DNA of 64,000 nucleotides from Oculina patagonica (Eukaryota): NCBI RefSeq assembly GCF_052425735.1, contig NC_135763.1, positions 310,001 to 374,000 of the forward strand, read 5' to 3'. Shown piece by piece: positions 27,284 to 41,400 of this stretch (position 1 is its first letter; each line of letters starts with the position of its first letter). The notes under the pieces were generated by a model. It saw only the letters and a program-made list of their open reading frames with translations, ran no database searches and was not told where the DNA came from. The position numbers and the translations under genes were made by a program.

Positions 27284-28298
27284 TTAAACTTTCTCCACTT
27301 CGAATTCGAAGTTAACCCCACTTTTCAAATTTCTTGAACGGAAATATCTTGGATATCGCGGATTCGCCTCGGTAGCCAAAAATAATATACCAACGTTATC
27401 GATGTTGCTTTGATTAAAAAAATGTTTCTCGTCCGGTTCACAGAAAAAAAGTGTCCGTTGTTGGTTATTAACGGGTGTCCATATTTAGCGGGTTAATGTA
27501 AGAAAAATGTATGGACAAACAATTTCTGCCCGGTTTTCCTTCGTTTCGCCCCACTAACTGCCCCTGGGTCTCCGAGGATGGGTTCCACTGAACTTTTACT
27601 TGCGGTATTTTTTGACAAATTTCCTGAAAATATTTATTAAAAGACCCTTTGTGAAACGTCATCGCTTCTGCATGCATTGCGTGTCATTTATTTTTTTCGG
27701 TTTGCATGCCGCGTACGTATCAGTTATTTTAAATTTATAGAAACTATACTTCGATGACTTAGTAGTTTTTTTTCCAAGAAAACAACTGATAAGGAGCGTT
27801 ATGTAATTCTACGCTCTTAAGAAACGTTACGTAAAATATTTATTTCAGCCTACAGAGACCTCTCAGCTTTAAACCTTTCGTTAGAAGCAATCATTGCTTG
27901 TTGACTTTGTGTCCAATATCCATCAAAGAAAAAAATGCGAAATTTTCCTCAAGAGTCGAGTGCTTTCTCTGAAAAAAGAGAGATCTGCATTGCGTTGATT
28001 GACTGACTTGGACTTGAAGAGCACTGAGCACACAACATCAATCATAAACAACTGACAAACGTGGATAGCTAAAAAGTTAAAATGATAGCTTGATTAGTAT
28101 GTCAACTTAAAAATGCGACATTAGCTTGGAAAACGCAAGTTTTCTAAGAAGTTGTTTTGATTAACATTCTGTTGCTGTTAAAACATTCCGTGCTGTTACA
28201 GCTGTTCATTGGCTACCAGCTGGTTGTCATGACCACCTGAATTCCTTTCTATCACGACACATCTGTAATCGGTCAACTGTTCTCCGTTACGTACTGTC

Positions 28299-29214
28299 AT
28301 GGCTTCCCGAATCGGATATTATGATTCTCAAATGCTTCACAGAGACTGCGAGAATGCAGTACAGTTATATAGTAAGGTGGCAAAGGACATCAACAACCTT
28401 GCGTCTATGAACGCAGCTGCAAAATTGAAAAAGTTCTTGCTGACGTTTGGTACTGATTCTGTTCAAGCCGAGATCTCCAACACGCAGCCCGTCTGTATGA
28501 TAAAGCTGAGCTTGCCGGCAGAGAATATGCCCGAAAAGCAAGGAATTGTGCCGAGGAAAACATCTTAGTAGCTAAAGGCGTTCTGCAAGGAAAACAGTAT
28601 TATACACCCCAAGATGTCCTTGACGCTTTTGAAGACATGGTTGACGGTCTTCTTAAGGAATACGACCTGGTCATCACAAAACACAACGTTGTAGTAGATC
28701 TCATGGCAGCAGCACAGACATTTCAAACAAAGCTGGAAGGGCAAAAGTACGAGCTCAGAAAGAAGTCAAAGAAGCGGCGGATGGTATAGCGCGTCATGCT
28801 CCCCTGGCGGCCCCTTTTGTTGGAGCGGTAGAGTGTGCTGAACTGTTTTCTAGCGCAGTCGACAACGTACCGGGGAAAGCTGTTTTGGGCTTCCTTGGAG
28901 CAATAGCAGGAGTCATTAAAGGGGCTATTACAAGCGTGCTTATTGTGCCTATGGCGGTCAACATCGCCAACAGCGCCAAATACCAAAAGATGACCGAAGA
29001 GTTTCAGGAACTGGCGAAATAATTGGATAATGTGGAATACATTATCAATGACCACAGAGAGTTGTTGACACAGATCAACGGCCCCGTGAAGAATCTTTCC
29101 GAGAAGTACAAATCAATTAGGGGCCGCAAAGAGCTCAGGCCAGCCATGCTGGATCGCATTATCTCGGAGTCTTAAACCTTGATTAGAGCCTGTGACAATT
29201 ACTTACAGAAATGA
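28299..29214 (+). pseudogene. Disabled intronless ~300-codon alpha-helical protein with a central hydrophobic Gly/Ala hairpin (ClyA/Hbl-type pore-forming-toxin-like or ApoL-like)
   Basis: Coding-like sequence continues across frameshifts near 28490 and 28770 and two in-frame TAA stops (~29021, ~29172). Helical N-half, then APLAAPFVGAV..AVLGFLGAIAGVIKGAITSVLIVPMAV, then an amphipathic C-half ending LIRACDNYLQK*. The family assignment rests on architecture only. Confidence 0.6.
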
Positions 29215-30856
29215 CTTGCTTTGTGCAGGTATAAAGCAGCTAGGTCCTTGCCTAGTTTGCCGAACCATATTAGTGAGTTCTAATGAATAGCATAAGCTTA
29301 ATTTTTGAGGAATGTGTTTAGGTCGCAATTATGTTTTCAGTAATGTAGTTCGAACTTTCGCCATTTAGAAGTTTTACATTGTTTTTAAAGCTTATATTTT
29401 AAGTGCGTAGAGCTTGTATAACAGAAGTGATGTCTTATTCTTTTCGTTGTATAACTACGTTGCTTCTTTCATGATTACAATTAACCGTTAAAACTTAGAT
29501 TTGTGCGACGACAAGAATGTGAGTGAAGTTAAACATTTGAGGGAGAACGGAGACGTTTCAATACGTGCAACTCCCTTCCCATGAGCCCACTTTCTTTGTT
29601 GTCAGCAACAAGAACAAGTAAGTACGTCATGTATGGGGACGATTCCACCGTCCCCACCTTGTCTAGGGTGCATGATGCTGGTCAAAAGAATAGCGGGCTC
29701 GGGGCAGGAATGGTGTAACAACTTGGGATAGGTTAATGCTCTAAATGTAATACCTATTTTGCTTCTCTTTGAAAAACACGATGCAGTTCAGACCTATAAA
29801 AAGGCAGCAGGATCTAATAACCCATTACTGCCGGCAGTAACACACCCAGTTTAAGACTCAGTTGCTTATGTAACCGCGGTTTTAAATCATTCCAGTGTCA
29901 AGATTTAAATGTAGCCATCAGACGTTCTGAGAATTTGGTGTTATATCAAAACAATATCTTGCAATTGATGATTTTCCATATTCTCATCAACTGTATGCTT
30001 AACAATGCACAGACAACGCAAAAAGAAATTAGATGTTGATGAACCGGAAAATTTTTTATTGTGTCTGATTATCAGATCATGGAAGGCACGGCTTCGTGGA
30101 GTTAGGTGAGATGCAAATCAAAAGAAATATTTTGCGGATAGTCGAACATTCCATACACTGCATAGCTTACAACGCCCCACTGATAAACTCAATTTTGTGT
30201 TGCGCAAAGATGTTGCAAGGTTTACATTCTTCTCTGTTGTGTAAATAACAATGAGCATGATATAGACTTTCGTCATTTTGCAGTTTAGTTCACGAGTAAA
30301 TGCTTGCAATGAAAAGTGCGAAGCTTTGAACTCTTCTAATTTCATGTTGTTTACAAAAAGAAAGCCATTCTTATCTGGCAGCGCCTCTAACGCTTCGGTG
30401 ATCTTGTTACAGCCTCGTCACGCAACGAAAAAACATATTTTCCTTTGCACTAATGAACAATAAATCAAATAAGACTTAAATGACTTGATCCAATGCAAAT
30501 AGAGTATTTTATTCCAAAATTATTACCTATAAAACAAGTTATTTGTAACAGATAACATTAAAACTGATCTGACAGACATTAAAAAATGTTAACTAATTTA
30601 ATTCGACACCCGCTGGGCTTTTATGCCCGCCTTGAAATTAAATGCACTTAATTAAGGGTAAAATTATCTAAATACAAATTAAAAAATGCTGAAACATGAT
30701 TTTCTTAAAAATCGAAAACTAACTGAAGAGAAAAGATTTAAAAAAACATTCCTAAAGTAGCAACAAAAAAATCTCGGCTTTAATTAAGTTCGCATTGGTC
30801 ACAGAAACTGTCAAACTTACGTATCAAAGTCACTATACGCGTAAAACGCGAACATT

Positions 30857-31759
30857 TTAGTCTTCATCCCTGTCTTCGTCCGATGATCGATCCTCTGGCT
30901 CTGGCTCTGGCTCGCGCTCGGGTTCGGGATCTGCGGGTTCGGGTTCGGGTTCTTCTTCCTCTGCGACTTGGTAGCGATCTGTCACCTTCTTAGGCTCTTG
31001 GACGTCAACATCGTCAATGGATGATTCCACCATGTCCTCCATATCCTTCATCTCCTTCTGGATCATCTGGATTTTGTCCTGGAACATGTCGTGTTCCTGT
31101 GTCAGATCGTCTATAATACTCTCTTGCGGTTGTACCTTCCGCTCGGCTTCTTCAGCGCGCGCCACAGCCTCCTTGAGCTGTCCTTCTAAGAACTCTAGCT
31201 TCTCGATCAGCTCTTGTTCTCTTTCAGCGGAGTCGGAATCTTGGCCTTCCAGTTCTCGCAAACTGTTGCCGCGGTCTGTAATATTCTCTTCCAACTCCGT
31301 GGCTTTGCTTTCTAAGGTATCTACGCGTTCTCTTGCCTTTTCCACCTCGGTTAGGGTGACTCTCAGCTTTTGTTTGGTCTCTTGTAGGCGCTCGTCAGAC
31401 TCCTTGGCAGTTTGAATGGCTTCCAGGACAGTCTGCTCTATTTCCGTCAAGCGTTCGTCGCTCTCGCGGTCGATTCCCTCCAGCTCTTTGCAGGCAGCTT
31501 CGTGATCATGTGAAGCAGCCTTAATTTCGGCCAATTTTTCTTCTTTCTCCTTCAAAGTTTCCAGAGTTTTTTCAAGTTCATCTCTTACGAGGACAGTTCT
31601 TCGCCTGAATGAATCCGCCTCATTTTCATTTTTGTCACAGTTTTCTTCCACCTCACGAAGTTTCTCCTTGGCATCATGCTCCCGATCTTCGGCCTTCTCG
31701 ATCTTATCCTTCAGCCCTTGAAGCTTTCCCTTCACTTTGCTCAGTTTAATATCGGCCAT
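30857..31759 (-). CDS. Tropomyosin-like coiled-coil protein, single coding exon, with acidic (EP)n tail
   Basis: MADIKLSKVKGKLQGLKDKIEKAEDRE..., continuous heptads and LEGQLKEAVARAEEAERKV (tropomyosin-like); 300 aa from ATG 31759. Confidence 0.8.
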   Translation of the reverse strand: MADIKLSKVKGKLQGLKDKIEKAEDREHDAKEKLREVEENCDKNENEADSFRRRTVLVRDELEKTLETLKEKEEKLAEIKAASHDHEAACKELEGIDRESDERLTEIEQTVLEAIQTAKESDERLQETKQKLRVTLTEVEKARERVDTLESKATELEENITDRGNSLRELEGQDSDSAEREQELIEKLEFLEGQLKEAVARAEEAERKVQPQESIIDDLTQEHDMFQDKIQMIQKEMKDMEDMVESSIDDVDVQEPKKVTDRYQVAEEEEPEPEPADPEPEREPEPEPEDRSSDEDRDED

Positions 31760-32910
31760 GTTGTACACTTTCACGCGGGAGCAGAGCTTACAAACTGTCC
31801 GAGTCCAACACACAGGCGCACAGATACACTGCAGAGAGCCAAACAAAATGCGACGTATGGAACGCTAGCTGTGTTGTTTTTGTAAATGCAAATTATCAAA
31901 AGCTCCTGAGGTGTGGGCCATTTAACGAGCGTAGATTGGTGCTCGCTGGGCGCCTTATCAGTTCAGGCTCGATTTACTTCCATCTTTTACCTGTTGAGGC
32001 CCAAGGAAAAAACAATTTTAACTCGTCTTTTATTTCTCGCGTGTTCAATAAAGAATCGATAAGGTAGTTGAACGGTCGAGTTTTTCCGACGGATTGATTT
32101 TTTTGTAAAAGTTTTCTAGCTCGCAGATGTTTGAGTCTCTTCGTTCGCAATGAATAGAACTTAATTTGATCAAAGCTGGCATTGTTGCATACCGCCGAAA
32201 TAGCACTTGACTTTTAACTGAGTTGCGTGACCAACAAAGCCCACAGATACGACGTCTCGACAGTTTTGATGTTTCTCCACAATTAATTATAAATATGTTT
32301 TTTTGTGATATAAAACTATTTGATCGGTCGGTAAATTTCCTCATAATTCAAAAACATTTATTTTTGGTCTCTTCCAACTGATCGCCGTAAATCCACCATT
32401 TTGACCCTTTTCAGATTTGATCCCACTTTCCAAATGAAGTTTATAACAGGACAGTGACAAATAAAATAATAACAAGGAGTCTGTCTTATCGTATCCTATT
32501 TTCTTTAAGCTTAAAATATACACTAACGTCGGATTGGATTTAACACGAGCCTTATTAAAGATACACTCAGACTCTCAATTCCTTCTTCTACGAACAATTG
32601 CATCACAAAGGAACAGAACTCGAACAGGATTTGGATAGGGCATGGCTCGGATGTTTTGCGGTAAAAGATTTTACATACCAGAGAGGGTTGTGGGGGAGGG
32701 GACGGGAGCCGAAGGGAGAGGGACAAGGGCAGCGGTGCTTAAAGTCGAAGGGTTCCAATAAAGAAAAAGTTTGTTTAAACGTGGCTTGATTAAAATTGAT
32801 TTCCTTACTTATATGGCGATTGCCCAATGACTTTAAAGTTCTCGTAGCTTGTGTAGCTACAAGTGAGAGTTTAATTTAGTCGTCTCAGAAAAGTAAAGCT
32901 GCCAATTTTC

Positions 32911-34280
32911 GTGACACTGACTTTAAATAACATCATTCATCTTCTCACACGCCACCTGTTTAAGACACCATCCGTTATTCTCAATTCCTTAGACTTCCAG
33001 ACGAAATGTGCCAGTTTTTCAAAGATCACGGTAATCCCAACTCAACTGTCATTACAGGACGAGATCGCGCACTACAAATCGACCAACAAACAGCGCTACA
33101 AACGTCACAACTATGATCAAGGAAGACTGAGAAATTCCAACACTTGCCGTAAAAAAGCATAATTTAGACAAACTTCAAACTACTCCAAGACGACCCCGAA
33201 ACAGGCAGAATCCATTTACAACCACCACTTGTTTCCTTCAAACGAGGCAAGAATATCAGTAACTTTTTAGTTAAAAGTTCACTTAACAACCATGGTATAA
33301 TGCTTGCGCTCGATGCAACACTCATCCCTTTAACCACAACCGGCAACGTTAAAGAAGCTTCGTCACGGACAACACATCTTGAAAAAATTGGCAAGTTTTT
33401 CCAAGTTTCTCATTCGTAATCCGTCTTAATCTTCGTCAGTCGAAACCATCCTTGGTGAGAAATGGGTTTTTATTTCTCCTTTGGGTGTTTTTCTTCCTTA
33501 GAAAACTACTTTTTTGAGGTTTCTTTTAATTTGAGAGTAATCAGAGAAATGACTTAAAATATCGTGACATTGCTCTTTTAACATCTCTGGTCCAAAACGC
33601 TCAATCACAGTAATCTATCGTTTTGATTGCACCTTCTGACTACTCTGTGAAAAATCTGGATACATTCAGTGGGAAAGCAGGAGGGAGACTAGGACGACTA
33701 GGAGATCGCTTCCGCGAACTTTTTTGAGACGAAAAAAAAAAAAAATGGCGAAAATGCCTTTAAACCCGTATGTAAGCATTTTAATCTTCCCCGTCATTCT
33801 TTTGAAAACATGATTCCCGGATCGATCTTCATCAAGGCAACACTGAAATTAAAGTCGCAAAACTTCAGAAAAAAAATTTATCTTTCAAATCGGCACCTTG
33901 CCTTCCCATGGAGTCAACAAACGCTTCTTTTTTAATTAGTTAATTTATTTACCAGAAGTTCATAAGAACCATATATTATATATTTTTTCTATAGGGGGTC
34001 AAAGTTAATGAGGATTAGGTTCCTTCCTGCTGACACCCTTTCTTCTTTTTCTTATTGCAAATAAAGTTGTTTTATTAAAAAAAAAACTAGATAAACTTCT
34101 GATTTACGTAACATTCGTTATTATGCTACTCCAACAGCATAACTCCATACTCTAGTATATAAACACTATATCACAACCCACAATCCTCCATTTTGCTCCG
34201 CCAGAGGGCTAACGCTCGAAAAGTCAACTTCTCTAATACGCTACGGCACTTTATTTTTTATCAACTTCCAGTTAATAAAC
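32911..34280 (+). mobile_element. Heavily decayed Penelope-like retroelement
   Basis: Frameshifted remnants QPPLVSFKRGKNISNFLVKSS (~33220) and GRLGDRFRE (~33690, GIY-YIG region); degenerate hammerhead-like tail agggctaacgctcgaaaagtcaact at ~34205-34229. Confidence 0.6.
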
Positions 34281-34411
34281 CCCGGGTAAATAATTTTGAT
34301 TGACAAGAAACATTACACTCTACATTGACTTTCTGTTGTGTTAATTTTTTTACGCCACATTCAAAATGGCCGGTCAATACACTGCAGCAACAGATGAAAG
34401 TGCAACTTCAA

Positions 34412-37400
34412 TTACAAACAAGTTTCTTTTATCACGATCTCTTCCTTTCTGCACTCGGAACGTTTTACGAGATGAACAGTCTCTCTTCTTTTGGAGAATA
34501 CACTTGCCCGGGATAATGGGACAGCAAACAAAATACACGTGGAAACTGTTGTGATTCCTCCTGCACAGAAGAACGCCACAGCATAACTGTTAGATGTATC
34601 GTATATCCAGCCCGCAATCGAAGGGCCAGCGGTTTTTGGGATAGAAAGAAAGCAGTACAAGGAACCTAGGGCTGGTGCGAGTTTGCTGACTCCAACCAAA
34701 TCTTGTACAATTAATGGCAGTGAAATTATAAAGCATCCCTCTAGGAGACCGTATAGAAATGCAAAGGATGCTAGCCATTCATAATTGGTTGCTATGGGAA
34801 CTAGCGTTGTTGAAATACTGATGAAGAGAAGTATCAACTGAAGTGTGGTAATACCGCTGACTCCAGGTAAGTCAAGGAATTTGCCAAAGAAAGGACGGAC
34901 TGGTAACGAGCCCAACGCTAAACAGCTGACCAAAAATGCTGCCTTGATGGGGTCTACACCAGAATCCTTGGCAAGTCGAACCTGCATGACAATAAAAATT
35001 GTTAAAACACACATTTTTAACGTCGTCTTTAGATGTCGTTTTCGATAAGACCTTGAAGAAGAAAGGCCGTGCCTTCCTAAATATTGGAATTTAAATATAC
35101 TCCCACACCGTTTAATCAGCCTTGCATTTTATCTTTGTTAATAATTCAGTTATAGCTGATCAGATTCTATACAGTGAGAGGATGCGGTTCTTCTAATCGC
35201 CACGGTGATCTTTGCAAATTTGCGTTCGTTTTCAATTAAAACACAGGATTTTAGTGAAAGTGAGCGAGTAGATGATATTAAAACTAATTAAATTGCAAGG
35301 CTGACACTACGGCAAGAGCACTTTTAAAAGTGCCCTTAAGCTTGCCACAGTGCCAGCCTTGAAATTTAAAATTAGGAAGGAAGGAAGGAACGACAACTTA
35401 CCAAATGCACATAAGGCACCAAGTACGCGGGCATAAAAACGAACAGAGACACCACCAAAATCAGGTAGCCTTTGTTCTTGAATATTGACCAATCAAAACT
35501 GGTTTTCTTAATATTTTTAAACTCAAGTTGTTCAAGCCCAAGTAAAAGAATCAATCTTATTATAAATCCACAGAGAACTAAAACTAGCTGTAGTCCCGCT
35601 AAAACTTGAAAGGTTGTTGCCAATCCCAAGTCACTGAAAAGTTTCTGAACAACTGCACTAAGAACAAGAGTACCAACTGGCGCTCCGAGAAATACGATCC
35701 CATTGGCTAAGCCGATACGCTCCCGGAAAAACTGTGGAAGCAGAAACAGCGCGGAACAGTAACAAAGACAAGAACCAAATCCCCAGATAAGGCCATAAGT
35801 TACGTAAAGTGTGTAGATATCTGGTGCAAACGATGAAGAAAACATCCCAACAGCGCATGTGAATCCACCTAGCACAATGACGTTGGCGAATCCAAGCCGG
35901 TTACCAAGGACAGCGGGTACCATTCCAAACGCATGCATGCTTCCTGAGGCCATGGCGGTTACCCAAGCTGAGGAGAAAAAATCATTAGTAAGACATTCAA
36001 CATGTTCTTTTGGAAATGCACTCTATTAATNNNNNNNNNNNNNNNNNNNNNNNNNNNNNNNNNNNNNNNNNNNNNNNNNNNNNNNNNNNNNNNNNNNNNN
36101 NNNNNNNNNNNNNNNNNNNNNNNNNNNNNNNNNNNNNNNNNNNNNNNNNNNNNNNNNNNNNNNNNNNNNNNNNNNNNNNNNNNNNNNNNNNNNNNNNNNN
36201 NNNNNNNNNNNNNNNNNNNNNNNNNNNNNNNNNNNNNNNNNNNTTTGCTCGTTCGTTCGTCAGTCGTTCCGTCATTCCATTCATTCAGCCCCGACCCCAA
36301 GTGACATATAAAGCCCGGACATAGGGACGAAATCTTCCCCATTCCTGCCAGGGCTTCCCCTATGTTCTCCCGGCTTCGTTTCAATGTCTCCATAGCCAGA
36401 TAGGAACTACCAGCAACACCGTAAATGGGAATGTCACTACTTTTGATCTTGCGATTTTTGCTGATTTTGGGTAGTTTGAGACCTTATGTGACACTTTGCC
36501 ACAAAAGAGATAGGTAACAGGTAACGCACCGAAGTTTACAAATTTTTGCTGAATCAGCAAATCAGTATATCAGATATACTCACTCGAGCAGTTTGAAACG
36601 TCGAGATAAACGGCAAAAAAGTAATGCTGATGAGAGTGATCATGGACCGTGGTGAGTTTAATGGCGATTGAAGTGTCATCAATTAAAGTCATTAAAGGAT
36701 TTTTATATCAACCGGAAACGGTCCTCACTGCACTCTCAGAAAAATTTCCGGCTCGGCGCACGCGTACGCGAATCTAATCTATAAATTTCATGTTCACAAA
36801 CTAGATAGAGATGCACGAGATAACCAAATGGTATAGTGGACCTAAGCTGCCTTTTTGGAGTCACTGAAATGCGAGTATTTAGTAGTGCGTCTGCAAGACG
36901 TGAGGAGCGAGAAATTCTTCAGCAACTGAGATCTTCTTACGCGCGTCTTGACACATAAATATACAGTTCATCTATATTTGGCAAAAATTGTAGCTTCTAT
37001 GAAGCAAGCCGTCTGTTTGGAAATTAAAAAAAGAGTTTTTTTCCCAATTGAAATCCAAATCTTTACATCAAAATCAAAGCGAAGGCATAGCGTTCATCGA
37101 TTACGTTTTCAGTTTTCATACATTATATTACATTAAATATTGCATAATCCCGACGTTTTTAATGGGAACTAGAGCTTATGTCACGAATATGGACAGAGTC
37201 CATTCCCACACGCTAAATATTAGAATATTCGCGATTTTCATTATCGATTCATTACGATGTATGTAACCTGAAGTCACTCACTTTGGTTGCATTGTTCACA
37301 TTTAAATAAAGCTAAATATAAGAACAAATTTTCAAACCAAAACAAAACAAAAAAAATCATACCGGTCTGGCCTCGGTTGGTGTTGTATTCATCCAGCAAT

Positions 37401-37585
37401 GCAGCGAATATTATTCCTGAACAATTATTCTGACCAGCAATGATAAACATAATAAAAAATCCGACCACGCAGGCTATCCATGAATAACCTCCATCCAAGC
37501 GACATTTCATAGGATAGTTTTTCCTCAAACCTAAGCTCGCAGCGTTTTTCAGTTTTCCTTCTTCGCCCTCTGCCGAGTTTGCCAT
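34412..37585 (-). CDS. Monocarboxylate transporter (SLC16/MCT family, MFS); 3 coding exons
   Basis: Exons 37585-37363, 35967-35402, 34981-34412. Motifs DGGYSWIACV, AWV, YGLIWGFG..FFRERIGLANGI, FDWSIFKN, PYVHLV and GPSIAGWIYD..SYAVAF. Confidence 0.9.
36031..36243. other. Assembly gap (N run) within MCT intron 1
   Basis: Run of n characters. Confidence 0.99.
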
Positions 37586-38457
37586 GAGAAAATCTTGTGG
37601 TCTGACCCCTTCAATCACTTCCAAGCATGCACAGAGGGTCTCATTTTACATGCATGACAAAAATATAAAATACATGTATAAGGATGGGTGATCGGTGGGA
37701 TGCCACGCCAGATGTTGTGGCCGTGTGGATCAAAGACCAAATGCGTTGGTTTTAATTCTGTGGGTTGAAGGAGAGAAATAAGTTTCTTTTTATACAACTG
37801 TTTTTATAGCCTTTATAGGATCGTCGAAGCTGGGAAAGGACAGAATCTTACACAAATCTTTAACTCTTCTGACAAACGCAACAGAAGGTTGCCGAAAATT
37901 GAGTTAAAAAGTTTTAAATAAATTTTGTAGTTTCAAAATCACTTCAAAATATTTTTAAGTTGACCAAGAGAAACAATTTTTTGACATGTTAATTTAACCC
38001 TCATCGCCGAAATAACAATTAAAAACATATTTTTTCCCCATTGGTTGTGAAAATGTTGACCGCGCACAAAGTGAACAAACCTTTTATTTGACACCTGACA
38101 GTGGCAACACGTGTATGCAAACAATAATCAATTCCAGTATATTCATTCATTCCCCGTCAAATTTTGATAACAGTAGAGAATTTGCATTTGCAGTATTTTA
38201 TGTTGCTCTCTAAATTAATTTTTGCCGAATGTATCAATTTCTCACCAAGGAACTCGAGTCAGCGAGAAGGCCTGACTAAACTGTGTTTACAGTTTACGGT
38301 GAACCTACGGAACCTAAGAAAAACGTTTCTACCGGTTAGTAAACAAAACAGGGCTAGTAGAAATTCAACCTGTAAATTTTAAGGAAAACAACTGGGATAA
38401 TTTCTTCGGTTGCCTTTGTCCTGTGTAATTTATTACACGGCGATTAAAATTTATTAA

Positions 38458-41400
38458 AGTGCTACTATGACCAAAATTTTTGTTTTTCTTTTCGTCTTTT
38501 TCTAAAGTCAATTTGTTCAATAAGGCTAAATTTAACTAGCGCGCTAGAATTTAGAACGTTGCGAGCGATATAAGCCTTGAAATAGCTTGCCGAAAATCGT
38601 GGAAAACCCGTCCGCCATTACTCGGACGTCTAAAGTGAGCCAGCGACTGTACTGAAAAGCGGATTTACGCATGAGTTGGTTCGTGACGTCATATGCGCAT
38701 CGTCGCTTCGAGCTTCGAGTGTTCCAAGAGAGAATATACTGAGAATTACAGGGTTATAAAAGATATTTCTTCGACAAATTCTTCGTCTAGTTTGCCCGGT
38801 GGCAAAACCGAAGAGAGCCGCAACGAAGAGACATTGCAATTTAGCGGTATCGTTTCTTATAATGAGAATTTAAAGCCGTTTTCCGTCGGTCTAAAGGGCA
38901 ATGTTTGTATGCAAATACTTCAATATTTATTTCATTCGATGAGGTTTCGGCGGTGTATGCCTACAACGAAGCTGCCGTCTTCTTGTCCAATCGAAGCAAC
39001 GATCGAAGAAGCCTCGAAAAACGAAGAGGAACGGCGATTCATGGAATACGTTCGTAATACATGGTATGATGAGAACAACGTAATTGAATAGTAAAATGTC
39101 TGCAATGTTTGAATTAATAGAGCTGCAAATACATGTGGTTGCTTCTGCCGTTTGCGAAGGATTGAAATGATTTTAACTGTTGTTTTTATTCTTCATGTTC
39201 TTGTAATCTATCATAAACGCCATGGGCTTAAAATATATCTCAGCTGTTTATTCCGAAAAAAGCTTTATTTACATGAAATAATGTAAAATTTATACAGAAA
39301 AATTAAAGTCAACAAGATGGTGCAGGTGATCAATGGATTTAGTTCCTTGAATTTTATACAGTTTTACCTTCCTTGACTACAATACAGGTAATAAACCTTT
39401 TAAAACTAAGTCTTTTAATGGGTAATAACACTTCAGACATCCAGCTTCAGCCAGCATTCAGTATTCCTGTTTCTTAAAATAAGAAAACCATTTGAATGCT
39501 GTATAGAGTCCTTCACTCTATTTACTGATAATGTTATGAAACTGGCCCACAAGTAGCAGCAAAACTGGTAGGAGTAGTTTTTCTTATTCATTTCACCCAT
39601 TTGTTTTTCTCTTGGCCCCGTGATTTTGTTTTAGTTATTTTTATCACAACATGGGAACAAGTAAATAATGTTAAGGGTATAAAGTTTTAAGTTCATAAAC
39701 GGAAACACCTGGACCTCGAACAAACACTGGGACCTTGATCAAACGTTTCCAGTTTTGAACCGGCATTTAAATGAAGCCCACATTGAGTCGGGGTCTGGCG
39801 TCTACTCAAGAAAATATGGTATCATATGCAATATGACAGTGGCTCTTTCTAGAGAATATCACTGGCAGTACATTGTGCATCTGCAGTATGTGTATGAAAT
39901 TGAGAGTTCAATTTTGGGACTAATCTTGTGTCAACTTAATGTGACTGTAAACAAGCCAGCTCCAAGTACCACCCTAAATAAACAGACACCCTATTGGAGA
40001 CAGTTTCTCCTTTCATAAGGGGTTAATTCCCATAAATGTGCTTCAAAATTGCTCCCTTGATGCAAAAAGGCAAAGTCTGCATGCAAGCCTACTTGCCCAT
40101 CAGGCCAAAGCATATCAGGTTTAACCTCCCCACTCCCCCCACATACATGTAATGACACTGTTCTGGGCTCACATCTGAACAGCTCGATTCAGAGTCTGAC
40201 CATTAGGTCACCGCACCTTAATCAATACAACTACCCCATTACTATGACAACATTTTTATTTATGGTACAGGTTTGACTGTATTTGTTGTCGGCTTCGCAG
40301 TTCGTGTATACTCTTTAAATAAATACGCATATAATGGTTGCAAGGGTCCTGTGTGACCTCATAATTATCCCCTTGTTACAAAAAGGCAAGGTCTGCATGC
40401 AAGTCTAGTTGCCCATCAAGCAAGCTTATCCTGGCTAAGTAGGATTAAGCAACCAGGAGTATTTCTACTTCCCCCCTGGATAAGATGAAAGTAAAGGTTC
40501 ATCAAAGGCACCATGAGAGTAGTCTTGCCCAAGAACAAGCACAATGACACCAGTAAGAGTTCACACCTGAACTGCTTGATCCAGAGTCCGACAACTTACA
40601 CTTAGGCCACTGCACCTCAATCAATACAACATTTGTATTTATGATACAGATTTGACTGTACATGTATTAGAGAAATTATGATGGATCAGCAGCTCAGGAG
40701 TTCTCTGGCACATTCACATGATTTATTGTTGGCTACTACATTCTCAAATTATGAACAAAAAGAGCATGCCAAAAAATAAACAGTGCTCTGTCGACACAGC
40801 ATAAGTGATTGGCACAGGTCATAAATATTATAGCTCATGGCCCCTGTTGTACTTAAATATAAAAAAGATTTACTGAGTATATACATGCTATCCGGATTTG
40901 ATTTTATTTAATACTATTCTAAGTGCACAATGAAGTACAGTCCTACTGTAGTGTTTTACATTGCATGGCAGAAATAAACAAGTGACCAACACTGAATACG
41001 TGCTGGTGAGTTGACCGCAGAGTATACAGAGGACTACAATGGAAACATTCTCACAGTAAAAAGATATTGCTAAGCTTTGCATCCTTCTGTATGTACTTTC
41101 ACATAATGTACCGCCTCGTGCGAATTTATTTAAGTTTATTTGTACAATAGAGGATATAATTCAGAAACATACAGGCCGATTTGCCCAAAAATTACCTTTT
41201 TTGACATGAAGTATTTACATTTAATTTAAAAATGACTATTCTAGAACACAAGTGCTTGAGCAACAGAAGTAAATTACGCCACTCACCCAATGTTTTGCTT
41301 CTAAGAAGTAGCGAATACAGTAAACTCACTGTAGATAATTCGAAGCGTTCTATTCTATTCACTTCCCTTGGATAGTTGAAGAAGTTTACCTCACAATGGT

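Noticed and set aside
35959-36393. ORFs of 95-144 aa
   Set aside because: Artefacts of translating through the N gap.
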